From contig OX597827.1 in the NCBI GenBank assembly GCA_951406725.2, positions 10,478,001-10,542,000 of the forward strand: a stretch of DNA of 64,000 nucleotides, written 5' to 3'. Within the stretch, counting starts at the first letter, position 1; every line of letters starts with the position of its first letter. Both the position numbers and the translations under genes were made by a program. Below the pieces are notes generated by a model. The model saw only the letters and a program-made list of their open reading frames with translations. It was not told where the DNA came from and ran no database searches. This document shows positions 1 to 12,049 of this stretch, piece after piece. This stretch comes from Octopus vulgaris (Eukaryota).

Positions 1-750
1 AAGAATCACTTGAAACCTCACCCTTGTATTGTCTTCTTTATTTATTTTGGTGATGTATAACAATTTACATTTGTATCTAATAAGGTCTAATACATATGAA
101 GGGACAAAAATAAATTTCTGAGAATTAGACAGAAGAATCACTTGAAACCTCACCCTTGTATTGTCTTCTTTATTTATTTTGGTGATGTAAAACAATTTAC
201 ATTTGTATCTAATAAGGTCTAATACATATGAAGGGACAAAAATAAATTTCTGAGAATTAGACAGAAGAATCACTTGAAACCTCACCCTTGTATTGTCTTC
301 TTTATTTATTTTGGTGATGTATAACAATTTACATTTGTATCTAATAAGGTCTAATACATATGAAGGGACAAAAATAAATTTCTGAGAATTAGACAGAAGA
401 ATCACTTGAAACCTCACCCTTGTATTGTCTTCTTTATTTATTTTGGTGATGTAAAACAATTTACATTTGTATCTAATAAGGTCTAATACATATGAAGGGA
501 CAAAAATAAATTTCTGAGAATTAGACAGAAGAATCACTTGAAACCTCACCCTTGTATTGTCTTCTTTATTTATTTTGGTGATGTATAACAATTTACATTT
601 GTATCTAATAAGGTCTAATACATATGAAGGGACAAAAATAAATTTCTGAGAATTAGACAGAAGAATCACTTGAAACCTCACCCTTGTATTGTCTTCTTTA
701 TTTATTTTGGTGATGTAAAACAATTTACATTTGTATCTAATAAGGTCTAA
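1..750. repeat. Tandem satellite, 132-bp unit, at least 5.7 copies (runs off window start)
   Basis: Unit AAGAATCACTTGAAACC...GAGAATTAGACAG starts at 1, 133, 265, 397, 529 and 661. Copies are identical except for an alternating GTATAA/GTAAAA site. Confidence 0.97.
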
Positions 751-1186
751 CAGCAATCTAAAAATTTAATTGATGGGAAAATTAATATTTTAACTAGGCT
801 AAATAACAGGCATAGTCTTTTATGGTACTACAGTAAAGAAAGTAAAAGAGAAAATAATATATTTCTAATCAGTATGTAAACATTTTCAAACAATAAAAGG
901 TCTTAAGATCAAATACTTAAATCTAGCGCTGACATATGACAGCATTGCTGCCAAATCCTACATTAAAACTAAGCTTCTTTGTTTGCATCCAGTTATATTT
1001 ATTGATCATTGAACTTGTTTTTAACCCTCTTGATACCAGTCTGCCCAAGAAATCTCATACTTCATGATACAATTTCACAGTCTTAAAGTGGTCTAAATTA
1101 AGAGTTTCCATTAAATTTTCATCTTAATTTTTGCTTGAAACACCTGCTTGATAATGATGCTGGTATTTTATTAAATTCTCTATATA

Positions 1187-1347
1187 GATGCAGGTGTGGC
1201 TGTGTAGTAAGAAGCTTATTTCTTAACATGGTTTTGGGTTCAGTTCCACTGTATGGCACCTTGGGTAAGTGTCTTCTACTATAGCCTCAGGCAGACCAAA
1301 ACTTTATGAGTGGATTTAGTAGATGGAAACTGAAAGATGCCTGTCTG

Positions 1348-1421
<74 letters not shown>

Positions 1422-1633
1422 CTTTGTATGTATCAACCCCACCACCACTTGACAACCGGTATTGGTGTGTTTACATCCCTGCAGTAAAGGGGTTTAGCAA
1501 GAGGGACCAATAAAATAAGTACCAGGCTTAACAAAATATAAAAACTGGGGTCAATTGATTCGACTCAAAAACAAAAATTTTTGAAAGTGGTGCCACAGTA
1601 TGGCCACAGTCTAATGACTAAAATGAGGAAAAG
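1187..1633 (+). mobile_element. SINE family A (tRNA-derived, CORE-like), diverged copy with internal (TG)n
   Basis: Head GCAGGTGTGGCTGTGTAGTAAG..GGTTCAGTTCC, then CCTTGGGTAAGTGTCTT and the A-type tail. Aligns with the 7328-7737 copy. Confidence 0.85.
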
Positions 1634-1636
1634 GTA

Positions 1637-2897
1637 TGATGTGGTATCAAAATGTTCCTGGACTAGTTCTGTAGCACACCAAAAGATGGCAGCACGTGGT
1701 TGCATGCACAGTGAGAGCTAGCCATGACCATCATGAGGCAGTGTACTGAGTGACATTGCTGTGTGAAATTTGTGTTTTTGTGAAATTTGTGGTTTTGTGA
1801 TCATATGTATGTTGTAGTCTGCAATTGTTTTCATGGACCGGAACAAAGAGCCCACAGGAAATTTTGTGTTAAACTTAGGAAGTCTGCTACAGAGACATTG
1901 AGCATTCTTTGGGAAGCTTACGGTGATGAGGAAACGGGTCGTGTGCAATGTTTTGAGTGGCACAGGTGCTTGAAAAGCATAAGCATAAACATCACCTCCA
2001 GAAATATGGAGAAAATTCATCAGCTTGTGATGGGGATCGTTGGAGAACAGCCAATGACATTGCTTGTGTTGCTGGTCTGTCGTATGGGTCCAAGGAAGCT
2101 ATCCTAATATCTGAATTGAACATGCAGTGTGTATCTGCCAAGTTTTTTCCCCACCTGCTGACCACTGAGCAGAAAGAACATTGCATTAAGTCCACCAAGA
2201 TCTCCATCAGTGTGTCGCTGATGACTCGTCCTTCATGTCAAGGATCATCACTAGTGACATGAGTTGCGCCTACAGGTATGACCCTGAGACGAAGAAAGCA
2301 GTCACCACAATGGATGAGCTCTTCATCACCATGACTGAAGAAGGCACGACAGAGTCCCAGCTCAATCAAGAGCATCCTCATCGTATTTTTCAGCATCCGT
2401 GATACTGGGCATCAGAGACTCATCCTCCAGACCCAGACCATCAATCATGAGTCCTACTGTGATATTTTGAAGTAGTTGAGGCAGGACATTTGGCAAAAAT
2501 GACTGGATCTGCAGAGCACAAAGAATTCCATTTATCCCGGTGACAATGCACCCTGTCACCAAGCTCTCCTCACTTGTGAGTTTCTCTCCAAAAACAACAT
2601 GTTATCGCTTCTGCACCCATTTTCTATTTGCTAGATTTAGTACTTGCAGACTTCCTTCTCTTCCATAAGATTAAAATGCAGCTCAAAGGTCACTGTTTTA
2701 AAACTGTTTTCAAGATCCAGAATGAATTGCAGAATATCCTTGATTTGCTTATGGAAAATGACTTCCAGGCCAGATTCCAAAAGTGGTAGGAATGCTGTAC
2801 AAGATGACTATTTTGAAGGAGATGATGTTAAAACTTAGATAAATAAGTTATTTTTTATCAGACATAACTAGTCTGAGAACTTTCTGATACCACCTTA
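1637..2897 (+). mobile_element. Decayed mariner (Tc1/mariner) transposon, ~1.26 kb, transposase pseudogene
   Basis: ~30-bp TIRs (TGATGTGGTATCAAAATGTTCCTGGACTAGTT / AACTAGTCTGAGAACTTTCTGATACCACCTTA) flanked by TA. Frameshifted peptides EQRAHRKFCVKLRKSATETL..AYG..CFEWH, VSAKFFPHLLT, YDPETK and DNAPCH match mariner transposase motifs. Confidence 0.9.
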
Positions 2898-3376
2898 TAA
2901 AAAATAAAAAATATTTTCAAAATTCATTGAAACAATGGAGGTGTACATTAATAAATATATAACAAATGTATTTAAAATAACAAATTTGATAAAATATTTT
3001 AAGGTCGTTATCTTTATTGTTAATGTTAACCAAATAATTTTATATATTTAACTGGTTATCCTGTCAAACATCTAATGACATCTATACTGACCATCGGTGT
3101 TCACAAATTGGTAATGACATCTCTCTAAAATAAATCACCATGGTCATACAAAAGAGAACCTAAAAAAGTCATTGGTCCAGATCCTTTGTACTATGAAAAT
3201 AAAAATAAATAAATCTAGTTAAATGGTGATGCACTGAATATTGGGTGCAAAAAAAAAGTGTTGCATTTTCTTGGAATTAATTGCCTTCATATTTAGAGAA
3301 AGAATAAAAAAAACATTAATTGCAAGAGACACTTGATGAAAAGGAGTGATAATTTCAAGAAATTAATAATTATTTT

Positions 3377-3761
3377 GCAGTGTGGAAGGTATTTGTAAGC
3401 CATTTAAGAAACACACAAAAGCCGTTCGATTCACTTCAACATTTAAGTTTAATTTGTCAAAATATTTTCGTCGCTATAAGACCGCGACCTGTTCACTGAC
3501 AAAAATCCGTGCCGCATCTCTGATTGTGGTTGGCTTCTGTCCACAGTAATGGATTTAGTACGGATTTTTGTCAGTGAACAGGTCGCGGTCTTATAGCGAC
3601 GAAAATATTTTGACAAATTAAACTTAAATGTTGAAGTGAATCTAACGGCTTTTGTTTATTTTCTTAAATGGCTTACAAACACCTTCCATGCTGCAATTGT
3701 TTTTGTTTCCGCACACGATCTCAGATCAAATCACTTGCTATGCAAGTACATCTCCATAATA
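3377..3761. mobile_element. Penelope-like fold-back element (asymmetric inverted repeat with one-sided tail)
   Basis: Arms ~3375-3510 and 3560-3696 are near-perfect inverted copies, with a 49-bp spacer and a ~60-bp right extension. A 12-bp direct repeat AATAATTATTTT lies at 3365-3376 and 3762-3773. The arms contain a hammerhead-like fold. Confidence 0.7.
3567..3617 (+). ncRNA. Putative minimal type-I hammerhead ribozyme, G3-C8 core variant (mirror copy on - strand at 3453-3503)
   Basis: Order: stem I TTTGTCA, core GTGAACA, extra G, stem II GTCGC/GCGAC, GAAA, palindromic stem III AATATT, U17, stem I partner TGACAAA. Confidence 0.6.
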
Positions 3762-4243
3762 AATAATTATTTTCTTAAAGTTTATTAAAATGCATAGGGA
3801 AAGGACAGTCAGAGCTTTGGATATTCATGAATTGTATAGATATTTACTAATAAAACAAAATAGTAGTGGATAATATGGGAGCAGTATCTCTTATTATAAA
3901 AGGCAGATTTTATCTGCCTCCCTTTGGGAGTTATACAAATCTACAATATAGGATTTCTTCAATTACAATTTACCTGGCATTTTTGAGAGTACAATGCATC
4001 GCGTCATGCCAGGTCCAGTTTTTAAAATTTAAACTCCAATTAAGCAAAATTTACAGAAAACTCACATTCTGGTGTGTGTGTCAAATGCTTTTCTTAGTCT
4101 GGTTTACACCACACGCAAACGCACACACACACAAAGGGAGCGAATTGTTTCACTGACGCTATCACCCTTCTCCTCCTTTGTCTTTGCAAGTTGGCAGCTA
4201 TTAAAGTGAAAACAGTGAATCCGACAGCGATAAAGAAAACGAA

Positions 4244-4520
4244 TTGGTACCTGAATGGAGTGAAAATTTAAAAACTGTTTCTTTCGGTGAGTTTTCTGAA
4301 GAAACTGGACCTAGCCACAGACTTTCCCAGAAGAGTAAAGCCTTAGACTATTTCTATTTACTTTTTCGAATGAGCCTATTTGAAATCATTACGCTAAACG
4401 TAAACAAACCGAAAGAAAGGATAGTTTGTTATTTCCCACAATCTTAAATGAAATTAAGGCCTATTTTGCCATAAATATTATTATGGGTATCAGAAAGTTA
4501 CCCAGAATAACAAATTCTAT
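4244..4520 (+). pseudogene. piggyBac (PGBD-like) transposase N-terminal fragment, frameshifted
   Basis: FSEETGP..ALDYFYLLF..LFEII, then in another frame NEIKAYFAINIIMGIRKLPRI, matching the piggyBac 'PLDYF.LFF...EIKAFLG..I.MG..KLP' block. Confidence 0.65.
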
Positions 4521-4746
4521 CGTAAAATTTTGTTGTATACCCAATTGAATATTAGCTAATAACCCATTTTCTATAGCGATGTTTGAACAAAATTTTAATA
4601 ATTTTACAGAAAGTTACCCAGAATAACAAATTCTATCGTAAAATTTTGTTGTATACCCAATTGAATATTAGCTAATAACCCATTTTCTATAGCGATGTTT
4701 GAACAAAATTTTAATAATTTTACAGAAAGTTACCCAGAATAACAAA
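4491..4746. repeat. 116-bp tandem duplication (2.2 copies) inside the Helitron
   Basis: CAGAAAGTTACCCAGAATAACAAA starts at 4491, 4607 and 4723. Confidence 0.95.
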
Positions 4747-5378
4747 CGAGCCCTTCTGGGTATTAGCGCGCGTCTACGATGAGTCTACGATTTAAAAAAC
4801 AATTACCATCATATTTTTCCATTTTAATGCATTTTTTTCGCTTTTATATAAGGGAAGTAACTCTCTAAAAATATCTACGATGTGTCAACGATTTAAAGAA
4901 AAATTTACCTTAATTTTTTTTCAATTTTTAATGCATTTTTTTGCTACTTTTTGGCTATAACTCTCTAAAAATGCTTATATAGTTATTTCCCTTACAAACC
5001 CGAGCAACGCCGGGCGATACTGCTAGTAATTTATATAAATATGAAACGAACTTAAGGGCAATAATTCAAATGAGCCAGTTGTATGAATTTAGATAATTAC
5101 ATTAAAGGATGACGATAATTAGATTAAAGTATGTTGTATACATAAATTTCTTAATGAATTGAAGTTTTGCCTTCATTTAATGAAAGTTTGAAAGGAAATA
5201 AAATTTTAGTGGCAAAGGGGTATAATTTTAAGAACACAACTATTAATTACTCTAGTTAATTTACAAGCTAAATGTAAAAAGAGTTCTTGTCTTTTAAAAA
5301 TAATGGAGGAACATAGTCATAACTAAGGTATTCATGAAATCCAGGATTTTAACTCTCAATGAGACATCATTTATCATA

Positions 5379-5470
5379 GGCACAGGAGTGGCTGTGTGGT
5401 AAGTAGCTTGCTAACCAACCACATGGTTCCGGGTTCAGTCCCACTGCATGGCATCTTGGGCAAGTGTCTT
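5379..5470 (+). mobile_element. SINE A, head only
   Basis: GGCACAGGAGTGGCTGTGTGGTAAG...CTTGGGCAAGTGTCTT. Confidence 0.85.
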
Positions 5471-7327
5471 TGAATTATTAGCATTACTTTGTAATTTACA
5501 TAATAATAATGGTGGTGGTAGTGATGATGATGATGATGATGGACAAATGTTAGCTGCCAAAAATACAGTGAAATATGAACTGTGTTAAGAAACTCTCCCT
5601 GTACCACTCTTCTTTATTCTTCTTTTTAATAATACCATATCTGTTAAAATTTTAAATTTTATTCATGGTTATTTTATCTTTAATAGATATTTTTGTGATA
5701 GCATCATTGTGTAGCTAACATTCAATTAACGTAATCTTCATTAATTTCTAAACTGCCATTTATGCCTCAATCCATAATCTCAGAATTAAAAAGTTGCCAA
5801 GCGGAAATGATATTTATATATATTTATCATTTATTTGTTTTCTATTTTTATATCTGGCTTGAATAAAAGAGAAGTGGTTGTGTCTATCCTCGTGCTTAGC
5901 TTTAGGGAAGATACTGGTGCCAATAATTTCAAAGAACATGTTTTCTCTATCATTAAGTAATGCTATCAAGTCATGACAATAACACAAGAAGGCAGTTATT
6001 GGGAACCAAAAAAACAAAAATAAATGGTTTTAAAAATGTTACAAAATTATTAACATTCTTTGAATGACAAATATTCAAAGGTTTTGAATTTTCTAACAAT
6101 TTTCAAGTAGGAGAAAAAGAATTTTGCTGTACATATTTTTTGCAGCAACATATATTTAGTTGAAGAGTGACATTGACTTTAACCATTTTGATACCAATTT
6201 GTTTGAGACTGATCAAGATTCACTCGTATATAATCATACATGCTAATTGTAAAGCGACTAGAGTTAAATTAAAATCTATTACAATTCCATATAAGACCCA
6301 TTTTTTTCAATTATGTCCCAAACACCAGCTGAGCCTCTTATATTACTCTTCCCCGCACTTGCCCCTGGTACATTCTCCACCCACCCTATTACCAATATCA
6401 CATTGTCCCCTCCACCGTCTCTCTTACACTTCCTCCTTTTCCCTTCTCTCTCCCCTCTTCTCATAATCTTAAGACAACTACCTTTGTTATTTTTTCCAAT
6501 TACCATCCTCTCATAATATATCTGTCCCTTTTCATCCAAGGCTGCTCTTTTTCACTCAGCAAGCTAAATGGTCATCCCAACAGTGCTGGTGCCACAAAAA
6601 GACACCAATGCATTCTATGGTAATCAATTCAAACAGTGACAACATAAGGCTTGAAATGACTCTTTAGTCTTGCTGATTAAAAGGTAGTCTCTATAGTGCT
6701 TGTGCCATGAAAAATACATACGTTGCGTTCTGTAAAATGGTTGATGTTAGGAAGAGCAACAAAATCCATGCCAAAAAGGAAATATGGAAGGTAGACATTG
6801 TTCTCTAATCCAATGAATCTTGTCAAACCATCCTAGTCATGCTAGCACGGAAAGTAGTTGTATGGTGATGATGATGATGATGATGATGATATGCTTGATT
6901 GTAGCTTTTCAGGAAAACAAAAAAAGAACAATATATATATATATATATGTAAATGTATATGTATGTATATATTTGTGTATTAAGGTTTCATATTAAGAAA
7001 GTATCTTAATTCTTCAAGAGAAGAAATTGTTAAGATATTGTCTTGCATGAAACCAATGGTAGCCTTAATACATAAATAAAGAATCGTTATCCACGAATTC
7101 TATGACGAGCTTTCATTCTCATTGTTACCAAATTCCCTCACAAGCCATTACATGGCTCAGGGGAGGGCTATAGTAGAAGACAGTTACCCAAGGTTGCATA
7201 GTGTGTGACTGAACCTGAAACCATGTGGTTAAGAAGTAAACTTCACCAATAAAGCAATAAGAAAATGTCACAGTAGAAGTTAATCCCCCATATATAAAAA
7301 AGAATATATGCAATTCATAAACTATTA

Positions 7328-7737
7328 GGCGCAGGAGTGGCTGTGTGGTAAGTAGCTTGCTTACGAACCACATGGTTCCGGGTTCAGTCCCACTGCGTGG
7401 CATCTTGGGCAAGTGTCTTCTACTATAGCCTCGGGCCGACCAATGCCTTGTGAGTAGATATGGTAGACGGAAACTGAAAGAAGCCTGTCGTATATATGAA
7501 TATATATGTATGTGTGCGTGTGTCTGTGTTTGTCTCCCTAGCATTGTTTGACAACCAATGCTGGTGTGTTTGCGTCCCCGTAACTTAGCGGTTCGGCAAA
7601 AAGAGACCGATAGAATAAGTACTGGGCTTACAAAGAATAAGTCCCAGAGTCGATTTTCTCAACTAAAGTCGATTTGCTCCAGCATGGCCGCAGTCAAATG
7701 ACTGAAACAAGTAGAAGAGTAAAAGAGTAAAAGAGTA
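7328..7737 (+). mobile_element. SINE A, full length (reference copy)
   Basis: Pol III A-box-like TGGCTGTGTGG and B-box-like GGTTCAGTCC, CORE-like CTTGGGCAAGTGTCTT, internal TA/TG repeat and (AAAAGAGT)n tail. Confidence 0.92.
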
Positions 7738-7999
7738 TTATTGATTCACTACATAGACACAACAATTATGCCTGATAACATCCTAGTCTGAGGTTAGAAT
7801 TATAAGTAAATGGTATGAGGAATTAACAACACAACCTACCCCCAATGCTATAAATACAGGCAGCTGCACAGTTATGCAGCTCTAATATAGTTTACAGACT
7901 TTAACAAGAATTTATAACATTAAGGATAATAGTTTTTTTCCTTTATTCTTTTCAATGCTATTCTTTACTTCATCATTTAATAATAACAATAAAAAATAC

Positions 8000-8072
8000 A
8001 TTATTATTATCATTATTATCATTATTATCATTATTATTATTATTATTATCATTATTATTATTATTATTATTA

Positions 8073-8106
<34 letters not shown>

Positions 8107-8177
8107 CATCATCATTATTATTATTATCATTATTAATATTATTATTATTATTATCATTATTATTATCATTATTATTA

Positions 8178-8223
<46 letters not shown>

Positions 8224-8294
8224 CATTATTAATATTATTATTATTATTATTATCATTATTATTATTATTATCATTATTATTATCATTATTATTA

Positions 8295-8376
<82 letters not shown>

Positions 8377-8381
8377 CATCA

Positions 8382-8430
<49 letters not shown>

Positions 8431-8531
8431 CATCATTATTATTATTATTATTATTATCATCATTATTATTGCTATTATTATTATTATTATTATTATTGTT
8501 ATTATCATTATTATTATTATTATTATTATTA

Positions 8532-8565
<34 letters not shown>

Positions 8566-8591
8566 CATTATTATTATTATTATTATTATTA

Positions 8592-8630
<39 letters not shown>

Positions 8631-8665
8631 GTAGTAGTAGTAGTAGTAGTATTATTATTATTATT
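8000..8665. repeat. (ATT)n microsatellite with ATC/GTT variants, ~670 bp
   Basis: Direct reading. Confidence 0.98.
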
Positions 8666-8814
8666 TTGTAAATTACAAAGTAATGCTATTAATTCAAAAA
8701 TTATTTGCGAACAATAGCATGGTAGGTATCTGTGAATGACACCTATGTCGTATTATAATGTGAAAGGTCAGATTTAGTTGTTTCATGAGAAAAACTAATT
8801 AAATAAACTGGTTG

Positions 8815-8866
8815 TCACCATCATCATCATCATCATCACTATCATTCTTCTTGTTCTTGTTCTTGT

Positions 8867-8898
<32 letters not shown>

Positions 8899-8927
8899 TT
8901 CTCCTCCTCCTCCTCCTCATCATCATC

Positions 8928-8971
<44 letters not shown>

Positions 8972-9054
8972 CATCATCATCATCATCATCATCACCATCA
9001 TCAACACCATCATCATCAACATCATCATCATCATCATCATCATCATCGTCGTCG

Positions 9055-9089
<35 letters not shown>

Positions 9090-9116
9090 GTCATCATCAT
9101 CATCATCATCATCATT

Positions 9117-9147
<31 letters not shown>

Positions 9148-9250
9148 ATATTATCATCATCATCATCATTATTATCTTCTTGTTTCTCTTCACTCCACTT
9201 CTTTTTTATTATCTTTATCATTTCTTCAATCATTATCATTATCATTATAT
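8815..9250. repeat. Compound (CAT)n/(CTT)n/(CCT)n microsatellite
   Basis: Direct reading. Confidence 0.97.
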
Positions 9251-9875
9251 TTTACGAAGTGATTTAGAACAGAAAAATGCAAAAATGCGTGCCTGACAAC
9301 TTTTAAAATAAACCATATCAAATTTATTCTATTTCCTGAAACTACTTAAAAAAAATCGCTGTTCCTTTTGTGTTCACATCATGTATGACAGAAAAATGAA
9401 AAAAAAAGAACATCGAAGAAAGGTGTAATATAACTTTTAAATTGAATGGGAAACAAATGCTGTAAGGTGATACAAAATTGCACAAAGGAAATTACAATCC
9501 TCATAGAGATATAGACTGATTTCCTTTGTGTCTTTCACCGAATTTAATGATCATCATTAGATAAAATGAATAAAGATGGGTTTTTCATAACTATCTTATT
9601 TAGGCATTCAATCAGTGTTATAGTTTTGTCAGATCATGGCACCATGTTAATATAATCTTAACTTAAATTACATTTGAGATTTGTCATATAGAAAGCATAT
9701 CAAAAGTTTGTTACATTGTAATGGGATTTTGTCGTAGCATAAGAATATAGTAAAAGAAAACCAGGTGACTGTTAACGTAGGTTGTTTATAAGTTATTTTT
9801 GATCACATCAAAGGTGCTTTTGAGAAGTGGTTTCTGCTTTTGTCTCAGTAAATGATAACTTTTGAGTGGAATTTG

Positions 9876-10310
9876 GACAAACAAGGACATACAAATGGAT
9901 TAAGTTGATTATATCGACCCCAGTGCGTAACTGGTACTTATTTAATTGAGCTGGCAGAAACGTTAGCGCGCATGGCGAAATGCGTAGCCGTATTTCGTCT
10001 GCCGTTATGTTCTGAGTTCAAATTCTGCTGAGGATGACTTTGCCTTTCATCCTTTCGGGGTCAATAAATTAAGTACCAGTTATGCACTGGGGGTCGATGT
10101 AATTGACTTAATACCTGTGTCTGTCCTTGTTTGTCCCCTCTATGTTTAGCTCCTTCTGGGTAATAAAGAAACAGGTACTTATTTAATCGACCCCGGAAGG
10201 ATGAAAGGCAAAGTTGACCTTGGTGGAATTTGAACTCCAGGACGTAGCAGCAGACGAAATACCGCAAAGCATTTCGCCCAGCGTGGTAACGTTTCTGCCA
10301 GCTCACCGTC
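9876..10310 (-). mobile_element. SINE B interrupted by a second SINE B in opposite orientation (inner 9947-10173, +)
   Basis: The inner copy is flanked by the 14-bp TSD GGTACTTATTTAAT (9933-9946, 10174-10187), which is outer-copy sequence. Confidence 0.88.
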
Positions 10311-11160
10311 TCAAATACAACATTGCTAAGCAGGCACTACTCTAACTATACAGCTGCGAGTTTGTTCTAAGTGCCGTGAGAAAGCATCTGGACTTACTGT
10401 GTCTGTGAAATACAGGGTTGAATGTGAGGTGCCCCGAATCAATTGATGTAGCTGTCTTACCACCACTGTTATTTAAGGGGGTTAATTTCTCATTCTTTTA
10501 TTGTTCCATATTTTTATTACTATTTATTGTTCTTTAATCATTACTGTGTCTTTATTGTTATTGTTGATCTCACTCTTTAACCAAAGATAACCCCCCACCA
10601 CCACCTTTACTATTTTTTGATTGTTGTCTTCTATTGAACTTTTATTTTTGTGCTGTTCCCAACATCTTGGGCTCTTGTGACCAACGAAGGCAATCATTAT
10701 TTATATAATAGATTATCACATAAATAATAATATATTCAATTTCCGCTATTTAGCTTATTCCTTTTATTTGATTTCGTCAATTTTCAGTTTTTTTCTTTAT
10801 TCTTTTTTTTATGTTTTTTTTTTATAGTGGTTTACTTTGCGCTATTATTTTCTGCTATTATTGCAAAGGCTTGGTTAAGAATGTCTTCCATCAAATCCCC
10901 ATCTACGACTTTAAGCAAACTATTATTCTACAATTATCGTCATCATCATCATCATTATGATCTTCATCATCGTCGTCGTCGTCGTCATCATTGTCATCGT
11001 CTTTGTTGTTATCCACATCATCATTTTTATGTTTGATTCATTACATTTCGACTTCCTTTCCAGAGTAAATGATTCAGTGTCAATCATTATGTTGTATCTA
11101 TATGATAGATCGTTATTGCATGAACTGTTAACTATTTTATATAATCAACCATTATTATTC

Positions 11161-11193
<33 letters not shown>

Positions 11194-12049
11194 GTCATCG
11201 TCATCATTACTATCATCTATATCATCATAGTCACACCAACATCACCACCACCAGCACCACCAGTACCACTATCATCATTATCCTCCTCCTCCTCATCATC
11301 ATCATCATCATTGTCATCAATAACATCATAATCATTTAGTGTCCGTATGTCATGCTGGAATAGGTTGAATGGTTTAACAGGATCTGTCAGACCAAAGAAC
11401 TTCATCGACTCCCAATGTCTGTTCTAAAATAATTTCTATGGCTTGATACCCTTCCAAATGACAATCCGTTTATAAAGTATCCTAAGCATGGGCCTGAGAA
11501 CAGGGGGTGCAGGGAGTGCAAGTGCACCCCCTGGAATTTTTTTGGGGTCCAAAATCAAAATTTGTACCCCTACTTACTTTTTCTCAGGTTTAGAAAACAG
11601 TGAATAAAAAGTGATCTTTAACAAGTAGCTTGAAGTTAGGTTTCTTCTCAAAGAACAAAGAACAAAAATAAATTAAGAAGGAAACAATAAGACCTTATTT
11701 GTAAAAACTTGTGATCCTAAGGGCTTTTTCATGTCACCAGCATTAGTGAAGTCGGCAAGTAGCTTAGCAAAAGAAAACCTTTTGATTGAAAAGTGGTGTA
11801 GTATTGAGGGAGGTGGCTTTATGCCAGATGTTGCAAAGCTGAGATATGATAGAGGGACAAGAACAGATATCTTTCTATGGAAGAGATACATGGCTATTCC
11901 AGCTGGAAAAGGAGAGGAAAAATGATTGAGATGAGATGTCAGGATGTACAAGAGGATGAATGTTAGATGTAGGAGCAAGGGAAGAGAAACTAATGAACAG
12001 AATTGGGTAAGAGTGACTGGGGGTTGAGTATATAGGAACAGACAAGTGG

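Larger units (their letters stand above)
3887..5026 (+). mobile_element. Non-autonomous Helitron with captured piggyBac-transposase fragment
   Basis: A|TC start, subterminal GC-rich hairpin CCCGAGCAACGCCGGG, CTAG|T end and no TSD. The 3' ~200 bp is shared with 28479-28861 and 28964-29361. Confidence 0.8.

Noticed and set aside
1637-2897. Active or domesticated mariner transposase
   Set aside because: Multiple frameshifts, stops and damaged catalytic motifs.
7912-9267. Long poly-I, poly-L, poly-D and poly-S ORFs (also YI, H and LSIY repeat ORFs elsewhere)
   Set aside because: They are stop-free frames of microsatellites, with no splice or compositional support as real genes.
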